The notes: generated by a model not told the origin, from the sequence alone. DNA of 56,138 bases, filler included, from Sphacelaria rigidula (GCA_964200075.2; 6 parts of 6 records of this genome joined end to end with filler, not necessarily neighbours in it); one strand, 5' to 3'. Shown: positions 38,935 to 52,387, numbered from the whole stretch's first letter. Translations and numbers: made by a program.

Positions 38935-41900
38935 CTACATAATATTCATGACAATATCACGGTGAAACTCAAAAGACTCTGTCGGCAACACTTTAGTGAG
39001 GAAATCTGCATGTTGATACTCCGATCTCACGTGAATAACCGAAACCTCATTCCTTCCAACCAACTCCCTGATAAAATGATGCCGTACGTCGATGTGCTTG
39101 GAGTTGGAGTTCGTGATTGGGTTCTTTGCCAACTGAATAGCTCCCTGATTATCCTCAAACACCGGGATGCATGGCATTCCCATCTGCAGCAACATGAAAC
39201 GCCAAACCTGTCTCAAAAACAATACCTCCGTCAGCATATCTGTCATGGCAACGTACTCTGCTTCCATTGTGGACAGCGTCACACACTTCTGAGTCCTTGA
39301 AAACCAAGACACACATCCGCCTCCACACATGACTAGCCCTCCTGATATCGACCGCCTATCAGCTGCCTTACTTGCGTAGTCGGCGTCTGCAAACACATGA
39401 AAGCTCAACCCCTGTATACTTCCTCTGCGAAAATAAATCCCCAGCGAACTTGTTCGCCTAACGTATCCCAAAATACCAAGCGCAGCACGCCAATGAAGGT
39501 GTTTTGGTGAGGCACAGTACCTCGCTACTGCACGTGCTGCGTTAGATACGTCTGGCCTCGTGTGAGTTGCCAGCCACATCAGTGACCCTATCAATTCCCG
39601 AAACGGAAATTCCGTTGCCTGCTCTGCTACACTGAACTCTTCAAGCCTCGCACCAACAGCGATGGGGATACTCTTTCCCCACTCTATTCCGTATTCCTTC
39701 GCCAACTCTTCTGCGTATGTTTATGGTGAAACTTTCAGAGTCCCCCTTGCAATATCTCTCTCATAGTACAGTCCAGAATACCAACGCAAATCACCGAGGT
39801 TCTTGACTGGAACCATCGTGTTGAGATCTTTAGCAAACTCGTCACATCTGTTCTTCTCTCCCACTGCGAATAAATCATCTACATGTACTACCATGGTGGT
39901 GATCACCCTGCCCTCCTCAACCAACCGAAATACACATGAATCTGCCAAGCACTGATCAAATCCCAAAACAAATAGACACTCCGCCAGGTGATTATGCCAC
40001 TGCCTACTTGCCTGTTTCAATCCGTACAAACTTTTGTTGAGTCTTACTATTTTACCAGATAAGCTTCCACAACCAAGTGGCAACCGCATGAAAACGTCCT
40101 CGTTCAACTCAGACTGTACAAAAGCTTGTTCGATATCAAAATGACGCAACGCAAGATTTTGCTCACAAGCTAGAGTCGCCGACAAACGTACGCTAGAAAC
40201 TGCTACAGTGGGGGCATACAACTCTCCAAAATCTATGTTCTCCCTCTGCATATCTCCTTTCACCACTAGTCTCGACTTCATCTTGGTGGGTTATCCAAAC
40301 TCGTCCGCCTTCCAGTTATATACCCACTTTGCATGGATATAGTTGTCCACGAGTTGCTCTTCCGCTGAGTCTATCGTCCCCGCCTCCACAATTCCCCGCC
40401 ATTCCCGTCCGATCGAGTCCCTCCATAAATCACCGTACTCCGAGCGCACCGCCTGCATGTATCCGTTGGGGACCTTGAGATCCTTTGCTGGACACTGTGG
40501 GAGTTCCGGTGGGATGTGCGGCGGGCGCTGCTCACGCAAAGCGGTATCTATATCTTCACGCGTCGCCAGCCTCGTCGCGAGTCACATCGGTATCCCCCCG
40601 CGCCCCCCTTTCTCACCGTCCTTGCCCTGTCGCCCGGCATCAACTACGCCGCGCGTGCGGAGAGCAGACAGCAAAGATCGCTTATCCAACTGCTCCATGA
40701 GTCCCCAGCTGTGGTGCAAAAGTGCAGCCTTGTCTGTCTTGTATTGTGTCGACCCTGATCGTGTCCGCCCTGGCCGCCGGGGGTCTGTTTTCAGATCCAG
40801 CTCCTTCCTCACGTTCATTGGGAGCGGCGAGAAAGAATGATCCATAACTTCAGGGGCGGATGATGCATCGCGCGACGCAGTCGAGGAAGATGCTGATGGT
40901 ATCGGGGATGGGATCGGGACCGAAGAGCCGGAGAAGATTGGCAGGGATGTCGGCGGCGATAGATGCATCGGCGGAGTGGACGGGCGCGTTGGCGGCGGTA
41001 GTACCGGCGGAGTCTGCTGGTGCGGCGGCGGCAGCGGCGGCTCGAACTCCACTGTGTGATTTGTCGGCGGGAGCAGCGGTGTGGCGACGGCGGCGGCGGT
41101 GCTGCCATGAACCTCCTTCCCCCCGACGGGCGGCGTCTGGACTCCCTCCCCCCCCAATGAGCGGTGTCCCGTGGTGCTGCTCTGCTGACGGCGCGGCGGC
41201 GGCGGCAACGGTACTGGACCGGGCCTCCTCCCCCCCGACGGTCGGCGTTGCCGACGATTGCAGTGGCACACATGGTACCGCCCAGACAACGTTGTTGGTG
41301 TAGCAGACTGCACCGGTAGCAGCCTTCAGGACCTTGACCGTCGATGAAGAATGGTTACTGCCATTATTGAGGTAAGGGCAGGCCACCGACTGAACATCCA
41401 TCTTTCCTCGGCGGTTGACCCGCATCATGCCGGGTTGCAGAAGCGGCACAATCTGTAGAGGCGGGCGCTTGCCGGTGAACACTTCATACGGCGACAGTCT
41501 TCCCGGGTTCGGCGTAGTAGCAGAACGGTTGAACCCGTCCGCTGCCCACACCGCGGCCTCCAGCCACAGGCGCTCCATGTTCTTCCCCAGGTGAGGTATA
41601 TCGTCGAAGCGGCACCCCGGGAACAGACGTCGCACTTCGAGACGGGCAGCGTGGCCCCCCTTCATGACCCTCCAAATTTCATTTTCCACCACAGCGTTGT
41701 CCTTCGGAGTGTCGGGGGCAGTGTACCACGCCGAATCGTTGCATCGTCGCAGAAGGCGCCGAAATCGTTGGTGGTGAACTCGGCCCCGTTGTCCATGCGA
41801 AAACAACCGGGGGTACCAGTGGCGCTGACGTCGGCGATGAAACGTTTCACCTTCGCCAGCGTGTCAGACTTACGTGCGAGGCCATAAAACGTCATGAAGC

Positions 41901-42858
41901 GCGACTTGCTGTCGATGCAGCCCAGCACATGGGTTGATGCACCCAGAGTACGAGGGTGTGGGCCGGTGAGGTCGAGATGCACCCTGCCAAGTACAGTCGT
42001 TGCCCTCGTGCCCAGGCGTCGCGGAATACCTGCCCTCTGTCCCTTCGCTTCCAAACATCCCGCACATGGCGCCAGTACCCCCGTCAATGTAATGCCCTGT
42101 TGTTTCGCAGTTCCTCGCAGTAACGTTTCATGAATGTGGGGAAGGAAAACGCGGAAAAAAATAATGTCGACTTCTTGTTTCGGTTTTCCAACTGAAAATG
42201 GGTGAAAGCTGGGGGCAAGAACAGCAAGGGCCGTCCCGTTTTTAGCCACAACTCCCATTCCTTCACTCACGAAACGCGGAAAAAACTCTTGGGGCGGGGT
42301 CATGTCAAATCCAGCCATCAGCGCTTCATCCTTGAACACACTCAAGTCTGGACAGTGAAGCCCTCGGACTTCACGGAGGGAACTGACACCATTCGTGGGA
42401 GCAGGTACAACGCTTCCAGGGGAAGCGGACTGTACGCCAACACTTGAAGTCACAACGTTCGCCGGAGGAACGGACTGGACACGAACGCTTGGGGGAGGGG
42501 CAGTAACAACCACAGCTGGCACGGCAAGTGAGGGGTTTTCGTATGTTGACGGTAGTCGAGTGGCCCTTTGTGATGAAGACCGCTCATTGCGATCGAAGCG
42601 AAGCCGACCGTAAAACATGTGTACTCCTGTTTCAGTCAAAAGTATATCCTGCTTCTTCTGCACTTGGTGCAGAGAAAAAAAGATGAAATGTATACCTTCA
42701 AGAACGTAAACATCAGTCAGCTGCACGCCAGATTCTGAGGACGCACCGACGGATTTCGGGGCGGTGGAATTTCCCATGTGGAATTTGAGATTCAAACTCC
42801 CTACTGCTCTGACAGGGAGAATTTTTCCGTTCCCCACGATCACGTGTTCATTTCCTTT

Positions 42859-42899
<41 letters not shown>

Positions 42900-43235
42900 A
42901 AAAAAAAACAACAAACATTGACGCCGTGTGTGTGGTGGAAAACCCCTTTCTCTTTTCCCCCCCCCTTTTTACCCCACCCCACACAANNNNNNNNNNGGTG
43001 GGCGGGTGGGTGTTGGCGGTGGGCGTGGGGGGGGGGGGGGGGGGGGGGGGGGGCGTAAATCAAACATACCAACCATTGAGCCAGTGGTATGGTGTGAAGC
43101 ACCATTATCACTTATCCACTCCTCTGTACCATCATCCACATCAAACCCCGACCCACTCTGGTTAAGCGAAGCAACCCCCAAAGTAAAGTCACCCAACTCA
43201 AAACGTGACTCGCCTCGAGACACAGTGTGTGCCAT
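38935..43235 (-). pseudogene. pol: copia pol (protease, integrase, RT, RNase H) with frameshifts and stops
   Basis: PR WISDNGASHH (~43100); IN H..CxxC, VHLDLTGP, DSKSRF, RMDNGAEF, NAVVE; RT KSRLVVKG, FDIEQAFVQ, LNKSLYGLKQASRQW, HVDD; RH FADADYA, RRSISG, EAEYVA, EDNQGA, SKHIDVRHHFIRE, ADFLTK. Confidence 0.93.
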
Positions 43236-43548
43236 GCACAGGTGAAGCGGCGCAGAGGATGAAGCTGAACCGGAGGAAGGCAGCTTGGAATCAGGTTGGG
43301 CATGATGAGGTTGTTGCTACTGCTGTAGTTGGTGAGGGCGTTGCAGTTGAAGTTCACCTTGCTGCGGTGATGACTGGATCTGGTTGTTGTTGGCAGCTGC
43401 GGAGGATTGCGCGGGGTTGCGAGGAAATTGTTTACATTTTGCGTAACCTGCACCGCTGAAGTCGCTTCTATCTTCCAACACCCACCCGTCTTCATCCGTT
43501 CCGTTCCACTGTTGTTCAACGTGACTGCTCTCTTCGTACCCCCCTTGG

Positions 43549-45383
43549 TCACCGTAAAGTTGCACGGTGTTGACCGATCCGTAGGAATGAGTCCAGGGGG
43601 GGGGGGGGCTGGTGTCCTCTGTGACGAGGTTGATTCTGGGTAGGGTTCACATGACGTACCCCCGAATCGACTTGCGGCCCCACTACTCTACGCCATGGGC
43701 AAAAAGTATGCATGTGGCTCAGTTCGTCGCATGTGATGCATCGTTCACGGGGGTCGGCGTGGTGAATTGGGGGTTCTTTGCCTACGGGGCGGTATAAACC
43801 ATCAGGATAACCTGAATAGTCATACCCACCTTGCGGCGGATCATAATGCGGTAGCTGACTGCCTGGGTGGGCATTCCCGCCCCCGCGCCCCGAAGCACCG
43901 TACCTGTGACCAAATCCACGCCCTGCGCCCCATCCTCCACGTCTCGCTCGCTGCCGCTGTTGCTGGCGTTGCTGCTGCTGTTGTTGCTGAGTGAGCTGCG
44001 GTGATTGGGTGTGCATCCTACCGCGTCCACTACCCCCACGACCTCCAAAACTGTCTGCAATATGGTATTGCTGCTGGCGAACACCATTCCACGCACCCCG
44101 ATCACCGCGACTTTCTTGTGCGTGCATGTATCGTTGTGCGTTGCATACGGAATCATCGTGATGGGTCGTTTTATGAAATGGAAAAAAAACATCACTCTGC
44201 TGCCGACGTCTCTCACCGCCCTGTTGTCGTCCGTTTTGTAGCACGCCCCCAACTCCATTTCAGCTGCCTGGTAACACTGTGAGGGAAAAGCTTTTTAAAC
44301 TACTACCGAATCCATCCCAAGTCGGATCAGCCAGAGCGCATCAGAGGTACGGCTACCCCAAGGATACAGTACTTTACTTGTAAAGTGTTGTGTCTCTTAC
44401 GAAACCTCTACCACCCCCAGTGGCAGCGACGAGCGCGTGGCGCTGAACCCCATCCTGATTCCTGCCTGCCCTGCTCCTGGCCAATGCCATCTCTCCATGC
44501 GCCGTCATCACCTTGCGCTCCAGGGTATCTCTTGTTACTTCATCCATAGCAAGCAATACACAACGGACGATTTCGAAGTCACTTGACAGGCGGCGTATGC
44601 AGTGCCGCTTGGCGTCTGCATCTGATACCACGACTCCAAGCTTAGGACGGTTGTACCTCATCAATTTCGCTCTATCGAGAACCATACGGGGGTCCTCTCT
44701 CAAGTTTATATCGAGGGTCTGCCATTGATGGTCCAACTGTGCCTTCTCGGTGGTTGGAGAAACGGTGTAGTAGTCTACAATGTACCTCCAATCCTCGCTA
44801 GGGTTTCCCAGTCTTACAAGTTGTTGAAGAAGCGGAGCGTATGTAGTGTTTTCGACCAAAATACTCCAAGCTCTACTGGCCTTCCCTACCAGCTCGTTCC
44901 CGAACCTCTCGATCACATCCCGCTCATTATCAAAATGTACCCTGATGGGGAAAGCTGAGTAAAGAGCCTCTTCCCAGAGCTCCTGTTTAAAGTACGCTGT
45001 CATTTTGTAGCTTGAAAACCATGAACTTCTCTCTTACTTCCTCACCACTCTTTGTCGTACCATCCCACGCTGCAATACTGTTATGTGAACGTACCCTTGG
45101 TATGCCAGACTGTACCATCTGGGCTTGATCCTGCGTGTGCAGACGTGCGTCTTGAAATGCTGCTGTCGTAGTCCTAGGTTGGAATCGCTGCTGGTGGGCG
45201 TGGCTCTTGTTGCTGACGCGCGCTCCCAGACCTGGATCCTCTTCCTGTGCTTGGCTTTGTTGTCGCAGGTCTTGTATCTGTTTCTTGCTCCTGCACGTAT
45301 TCTGATAGTATCTTCCTTGCCGCGTCAGGGTCAACGTCTTGGATCTTGATGATGATGTTGTCTACTTGATTTTCGGAGTCCAT
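43549..45383 (-). pseudogene. gag: copia gag, frameshifted, with a CCHC zinc knuckle
   Basis: Broken ORFs 45383-45174, 45334-44987, 45003-44374, 44244-43549; Gly/Arg-rich region; CITCDELSHMHTFC = CX2CX4HX4C at about 43699-43740. Confidence 0.8.
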
Positions 45384-45441
45384 TTTTTCGTCTGAATGAA
45401 CCCTGAGGTCGCCTGCGCGAAGCTTATCCTGATCGCTAGTG

Positions 45442-45841
45442 TAAAGGCTGAATCTCCTACTCGGCGCAAGGGTCTGTGTTTGAGAAAGATCGTGGGACCT
45501 CTGTTGTTGAATTGATTCCCTTGTTGATGAATGTATATTATACTCTCCACCAAAACGTAAAAACCCAGAAAGATGAACTAAACCAAAGGGAGCGGTCGGT
45601 GTTAATGAAAAAGCACATACAAAAATAACACGTCAGAGCCTGATTCCTTGGTCACGCGATTGGGCGTGTGCCTTTCAGCAGAGTTTCGCTGCAACCAACA
45701 TATCGGGTATACCTTCAATAACAGAACTGTATCTCTTATTTGCCCTTCACCCATATGTCATGATCCAATCACAATATCTATTTCCCACGCATCCAGGCCT
45801 GTTTACATGTATCCATCACTGAGTGTGAGTATATTCGATCA
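45442..45841 (-). repeat. 5' LTR (400 bp)
   Basis: Begins TGATCG on the - strand; followed by a candidate primer site and the gag ATG. Confidence 0.95.
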
Positions 45842-46687
45842 CAAGATGCCCGCTCGTTCTCAGCTACCACCGCAACCCTGCAGCATTGAGCACGAGTAAA
45901 GCACACGGATAGATACACTGCAGTAGCTGGGTATGCTTTGTTATTTTCTGCTGGCGAAAACGTGCACGTCTTCTCTCATGGTGGGCATCAGCAACAGAAC
46001 TGCGTGGTACGGTGGGCAACCGAGTTGCGTGCACGCTCATGGATAGTGCAGTCTGTAGAAAGCTGCACGTTGCTGAAGTCCTCTTCACGTCGCATTGGAA
46101 GCAGAGAGAACTGATGGGCGTGAGCTGTCTGCACTGCATGTTGCCCGGTTGTTCTTCATTCCCTCCTGAACGAAACACGCACACACGCACTCAAGACACC
46201 CTGCTTGCAAGCAGGGTGTATTGTACACGAGTGACCATGTGCCGTGTCACGAATTTCACCGTATATTTTGGTTCGAAAGCTTGAACATCCATCTGGACCC
46301 AACTGCACCAAAATAAAAATGTTTCGCCCAGATCGATTCCACCGCTCCATATTTTCGATCGAAAAGACAGGCCCTAGACACAACAAGGCAACACGACACC
46401 TATACACCAAGTCCCGAAAAACACGCACAGACACCCACCACTGGTGCGCATCAGTTTCACTGCTAGCCCTTGCTAACCTACACCCAACAATCTTGGTTTG
46501 TCAGCGAATCGAGCCGTAGCTGCTCATCAGCTGTGCACGTTGTGCGTGACCTTGCTTGAATCTTTTCAAAACTCAGCGAGAAATGATGATTCGTGTGAGA
46601 TGCGCGCGCAGCTCGCGCTTGAAAAACTGTCAGATACGACACGTTTTCGGTTGTTTTTGACACGCATTCAGCTGCCATTCGTCCAAT

Positions 46688-46765
46688 GAGTCATCCTACG
46701 ATAGCGGGGGGGGGTGTACTCATGATCATGCTTGCCATAGTCATAAGACCATTGACCTCGCATCC
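46688..46765 (+). mobile_element. Terminus of a GAG-terminated TIR element, truncated by the contig end
   Basis: GAGTCATCCTACGATAGCGGGGGGGGGTGTACTCATGATCATGC. Confidence 0.65.
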
Positions 46766-46865
46766 NNNNNNNNNNNNNNNNNNNNNNNNNNNNNNNNNNN
46801 NNNNNNNNNTTAATTAATTAANNNNNNNNNNNNNNNNNNNNNNNNNNNNNNNNNNNNNNNNNNNN
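46766..46865. other. Artificial 100-bp contig linker
   Basis: N-run + TTAATTAATTAA + N-run. Confidence 0.98.
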
Positions 46866-47869
46866 AATCGCAAGCAGTGTCACACCATCCCTGGCACACC
46901 GCACTGGGTATACGTGCCCCCCCCCCCCCCCCCTGCCCCAACCCCCACGTGTACGGGTTCACTCAACCTGTTTCATCTCTTCCTCATCGTGGATGTAGGC
47001 TCAATCAATCAATCCCATCTAATCCATGGCATCGGCACCCAAGGGGTTTGAAATCCAAATAGAAAAAATGAGAAGGTCGGGACAGGCATCTTTCCTTTCA
47101 GACCGCTCACGACGTTGGACGCAGCATGCATATGTGGCTTTCATGTGCACACTGTACTGCTCACCCATACCTCTTGTGATCAAGACGAGTTCAGCGGTGC
47201 CTAGTACACATTGCATTTGTGAGGAAAAGATCGCACGGTGACTGATTGATGCACCGCCTTGCAGTTTGATTGATGCGGCAAAGTTCATCCGTTTGTGTTC
47301 AGCGGGAAATCTGTACGGGTATCACGTGCGAAATCTTTTTCTGGACAGACCATTGCTCCATGTACAAAGGCGTCGCAATAGCTGATCACCCCTCCGTAAT
47401 CTGTGATGGCTACGACAACATAGGATGTCTATGTTTACCACCACAGTTGCAGGACCGAGCAGGACGGTAGGTTTTCCTCGGCCTGTAGCTGACCGTAACT
47501 GTCCTTTCATTCCGATCAAACTACAATTATCTCCTACAATCTAGATATATGAGGCGATCTTGGAGTGTATATTGGAGTTCGCAGTTCCTGTCGCGTCAGG
47601 CGTCCTCGCGTGTACTTCGTCAACGTACACACTGCCGTGCTGCACGATGCGTGTCAGTTACATCTTTCTGATACAGTCTCGCCCAGGGGTATGCCTCGTT
47701 TGCATTGCTCATTGTGGTCGTCGAAACAGCAAATGAAACAAAAATACAAGCCTCCTCGGCATCTAAGCGTTCGTCTGCCGGTCCGCTCTGAACCAAGCCC
47801 GTGTCAAGCCGTCCATCAACCCGACGTTTTTTTTTCTGGCATATAAAGTTGCACCGATCCTCGATATTC

Positions 47870-50030
47870 AACCTAATGGTGCACTGGGATTTTAATTACA
47901 TGTGCAGGTGAGAACCACTCGCTACGAGCCCCTCTGGTCGTCATGTTGACACCTCTATATTTTTCTCGAGCCATAGCATCCGTCTTAGTCAACCCCATTG
48001 TCCTTTCACTCTTCGATACTGTTCCTGTATTACCATCTCGATGTTGCACCGAAAATTGAAATGCGAAACTATTTTTGGCGACTCCCGGGTTGGCGTAGGT
48101 CATGTATTGTATGACCATTCTTCGAATGGTTGGTCGTCAATTTTTTACTTTGTGGACAGGAATGTATTCGATGATTCGAAAGCCGTTTGACACTACGTAC
48201 GTGATGCCTGCACTTGTGCGGAAAGTGTAAGGGAAGCCTCCTTCGTTCTTTTTATTCGTGGTGGGCAGTTGTTGCCGGGACGTGAAATGTATCATCGCGG
48301 CTCTTCATTTTCTCTCGACGATATGATGGTAAAAAGAAATGCGATATTTGGTGAGCTCATCAGGCCAACTTTGCACTAACGTGGCGATATGTTTAGTTTA
48401 CCCTTGAAATCGAAGACGCAATCATGAGCTACTACGCCATGTTATCACCGGCGACTCTCACAATCTGCGTATTTCATCTTGCATCGACCTGTCGAGTCAG
48501 CTGTGTTCGAGCACCATCACGAGTTCAGATCCTTTTCATTCCCACTTGTATCAAGTCTCCATTTGAGCTAAGTCTCCAAGTATGTAAGCGTGGATGCTGA
48601 GCTTCGGCTTGCCACCCGTAGTGACGGGAAATGAATTTTCGCGTGATATGGCTGAAATGGCAAAAGGGATAGTTGACGACTGAAAAACCTTACGTCCGGT
48701 ACAGTGATCACCAGCGAGACGGCTATGGTCTACACCATAACACCATGTACTGACTCTTTCCACGTGTAGGCTGCTCGATGGATGGGGTCGGTGCTGCTCG
48801 TATGAGGGAGCTGACTCCAGAGCACGCAGTGTGGGACGCTGGGGGATGACTCATAGATTGCGATGTCGAGAAGTGTAGACTGTACTGTAGCATGGGGTCT
48901 GTTGTTTATTGCGAGACCCAGTAGGCGATACTTCACGCACTACACTAATGGACGATGTAACCCATTTGTTGTTCGGGGTGTGCAAACGTCATGTCGGCGT
49001 GTCGGCGGCTTGAAACTTCTGAGATGTTTTGTTGCAGATTAACCCTTCTGTCGCCGGGTCTGTCCTCAGGGTAGACGATCTGGAGAGATCCGCATGATCA
49101 GCCCTGACCAATGATAACCTTTAGGTTGAGTCACCTGTTGGAAATGCATCATTTCCGTTTGGCCCATAAGTGTCACGTGCTTGTCCATCAGGACACTCAG
49201 ATGGTTTGACATATCCCCGATTCTCCGCAGTGTGAGAGTGTGGTGTGACTATGCCAATGTTGCAAGTTGATTAAAGGCGGACAACTATTGTTGTTATTCA
49301 CTGGGCATCAGAAACATTCTTGGCACGACGACAAGTTGACTCTTAAGACCGCGAGGGCAGTCCATCTTGATCATGCATATTTTTTTCAAGTGAAATTGAT
49401 GCCGACGTGATCACGACCTACTCTCGCAATCTAAAAGTTGAAGATAAATTCAAGCGGGGAGGGGGGGCAACTTTTGTTCATGTTCATCGTGCATCAGAAA
49501 TATTTTTGGCTTGGCGCCGACTTCATATACAATTGTAAGAGGTGGAGGTGCACCCACCTGTTGCTGGCCTTGGTCGTTTCACCAGTGACCACGCATCCCT
49601 TTCGAGATGGAGCACCGTTGCTATTCCTAGGAGAGACCTCCAACGTTTTAGGGCGCTGATTACGGTTGTTATACACATTAGTACGAAGGTTAACTGGGGA
49701 GGGAGACAGGGGGGGCTTTACACCTGGAAAATGGAAGACCGACTATTCCTCATTTTTCTCCGTTCTGTCCTCAGTGCTGTGGTGGCAACGGAACACGGCG
49801 TACCCTGCACACGCGCCGGTGAGCATCGCGACATTGACGTTGTAGTAGGCCGCGGTTGTGTGGCTCCCTCATTGTGGTGTTGCCCCAACGCCGGGGACCT
49901 TTTTGTTGGTTTGTTGCCCTCGTCGACGTCCATGATCTGTGTGCCATAAAGAGGGGAGATTTCGTCTGTCGCGGGTTTGTTAGCCCCTGCATGCAGCCCG
50001 ACCTCTGCAGTGTTGGTATCAGCCACCAGC
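47870..50030 (-). pseudogene. Decayed coding relic of unknown identity, possibly transposon-derived
   Basis: Chain of minus-strand ORF pieces (50026-49718, 48936-48730, 48763-48551, 48118-47873) separated by stops and frameshifts; no diagnostic motif. Confidence 0.25.
49338..49442. mobile_element. Degenerate piggyBac-like MITE copy
   Basis: AGACCGCGAGGGCAGTCCATCTTGATCATGCATA...GTGAAATTGATGCCGA...ACCTACTCTCGC; termini eroded. Confidence 0.7.
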
Positions 50031-52387
50031 TCACAGGTGACCGCGCCCCCAGTTATCGACCACCAGCCAACACCAGACCGCAGTACAATTCATGTAGTGT
50101 AGGTACTGTATGACTGCATGTTGGGCGTTCTCGTCGGTATGCTTTACTGAAAAGGGAAAAGTAGACACGAAGCCGAATACCCTGTCACACAAGCCAGTCA
50201 GTGGCTACATATCTACACCGGGCAAATGCTTTGTAGACGTATGTTGGACACGTGTGCTCGATTCGGATGGTGAAGTGAAAATGTTGCCCTGCTACAAAAC
50301 CTCATTACGCCCTCCCTTGGGCATGCACGATATTTTCGTTCTACGCCCCGCTCCGCTCCTAACCCCCGCCCCCCTCAACTTGCTCCGTCTCGAAAGGGAT
50401 GCGTGGCCTATGATCGAATGACGAAGGCGAGCAACAAATGAGTACGCGGCCCCACCCCCATCTCTATCCCCTCCATTTTCGCTACTGCTGTCGAGCTGGC
50501 AATACTATTCCGAAAAGGGCGATACGGTTGACGGGTTGAACTGACGAGGACATCACATTTTTATCGTCGTCTTCTGAGCATGTACCACGGTGTCATTATT
50601 ATTCTCCATTCACTTAGACGATGTAGAGTTGGCGGGGTGATGTGCTAGATACCGTGTATATGAAGAAATACACCGAGTGGTGCGTTTAGTCACCCTCTTT
50701 CTCACTGGAAGGGGGGACTGCCATCTCCCATCGCTTTCATTTTTGAAGTGAAAATGATGCCGATCAAAAGAGATGATTGCGTCTCACACTCGAGGTTCCC
50801 GGTACGTATGACGGTAATCTTCTGTTGGATACACCGGCAAGGTGGAGTTTGAGATACCTCTGTAGAGAGATGATCCACCCCGGTAGTGTAAGGGTTGAAG
50901 CGCCCGTGCTGACATGACCTATGACTCGCCATGATCCGTACACCCGAGTGCCATACTCATTCTCCAAGTAAAAACGCCGCTGATTTGATGGGCATGCCTT
51001 CTTCTCTCGGCGTTCGAATTATCAACACGCAGACTCCTCTGAAGTGGAAGATTTTCTCTGCAGCATCCCGGAATGTTGCTCTGGAACGTTCGTGTCCAAT
51101 ACCTCGGGCCATTGTTTCGCCATCGTTTGTTTTTTCGTTTCGTTATGCTCTCCATGCAATCTTGAACGTAATGGCAGCATCAATCGCCAAATTCTCAACA
51201 GCTGCACCGATATGGGTAGGCCTTTGCTCCGTGGGCTCCTTTGGATAAAATAACGTGTTGCTTCTGGGGCAAAAAAAGCTCACGGACCAAAGGCCCAGAC
51301 ATGGGCGCACCTGTCAATTTCAACGTATTCCGCTTTTTCGGCGCGGTGTGGTTCAGTTGTCGAGTCATCTCGTACGGTGCTCGCATTTGTTGTGGTTGTA
51401 TTTCCCAGTTTGGGTACAGTTGGCACGGCTTCTGGCCCGCCCCTACAACCCAATTCTCCAGAAATTGGAGGGAGGAGTAGGGATAATACTCGAGCGAGGC
51501 TTAGCATGCAAGAAGTTTGCGTAGAAAAACAACGAAAACAGCGGATAACGAAACAACCACACTAGAAGCTACAAACCACGCGATCTCGTCTACTCTCCGG
51601 CTAAATTTGCCCCACAGAATGAACGATGACGCAGTAATCGTACAAGGGCGATGAGCGACAAGACATCGCGTCAGCCTTCAAGGAGAAACACCGACGGCTG
51701 GGCGAGGTTTATTGTGAAGGCCAACAAAATAATGATACTCCCACTCCATGAGGGAGCTATGGCAGATGTTCAGAGTAAACGGAAATTCACGCCCACTTGC
51801 TTGGCCTAAAAAAAACGCGCAATATTACACTCTTGTTGTGTGACCTTGTCAGTCAAGAAGCAGTGCTTGATTCCTCTCTTGAGGCCACGCTGGTGAGATT
51901 CGAATCAATTATGTCTTGCCCTTTTTGTTTGGATTGATTGTCGCACTTCAACTGACCCCCCAGGGGTCCAGCCGTCGGGTACGTGTTGAACCGCTGAACC
52001 TGTTCGTCCGCCAAAGAAAACTCGAGACTCCAGTATTTCTCTCAGTACCGGAACCGGCAAACGCCTACTAGAGTTTCCAACAGCCGGTATAACCTGTTCT
52101 TTTTCGACGGTGTCCAACTCTAGTGTGCACTGGAGCGTCGTGCTCCAACACTTCTGTACGCCTGGGAATTTGAGCAGCGCGTTATCCCGCCGGACTTGCT
52201 TACAGCCACGCCCAACGTTCAGTATCCGGCTGTCACAACCAACCAGCTACATTTCGCCTTATTTTCCCGTCTCTCCCATGATGTTTGTGAGATTCGACCC
52301 CCGTCAGCGAATCGCAAATTGCGCTACCCTCCGATCTTTCCCTTCGAATGTTCGCATTGCGTGAAAAGTACGGTCTACATGTATTAA

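Larger units (their letters stand above)
37810..45841 (-). mobile_element. Full-length, decayed Ty1/copia LTR retrotransposon (about 8.0 kb)
   Basis: Two ~400-bp LTRs, 5-bp TSD CAAGA (37805-37809, 45842-45846), gag-PR-IN-RT-RH domain order on the - strand, PPT GAGTAGGAGGGC next to the 3' LTR. Confidence 0.95.

Noticed and set aside
42859..43052. Poly-Pro/poly-Gly insertion in the copia protease region
   Set aside because: Long G runs beside an N10 gap look like sequencing or assembly artefact
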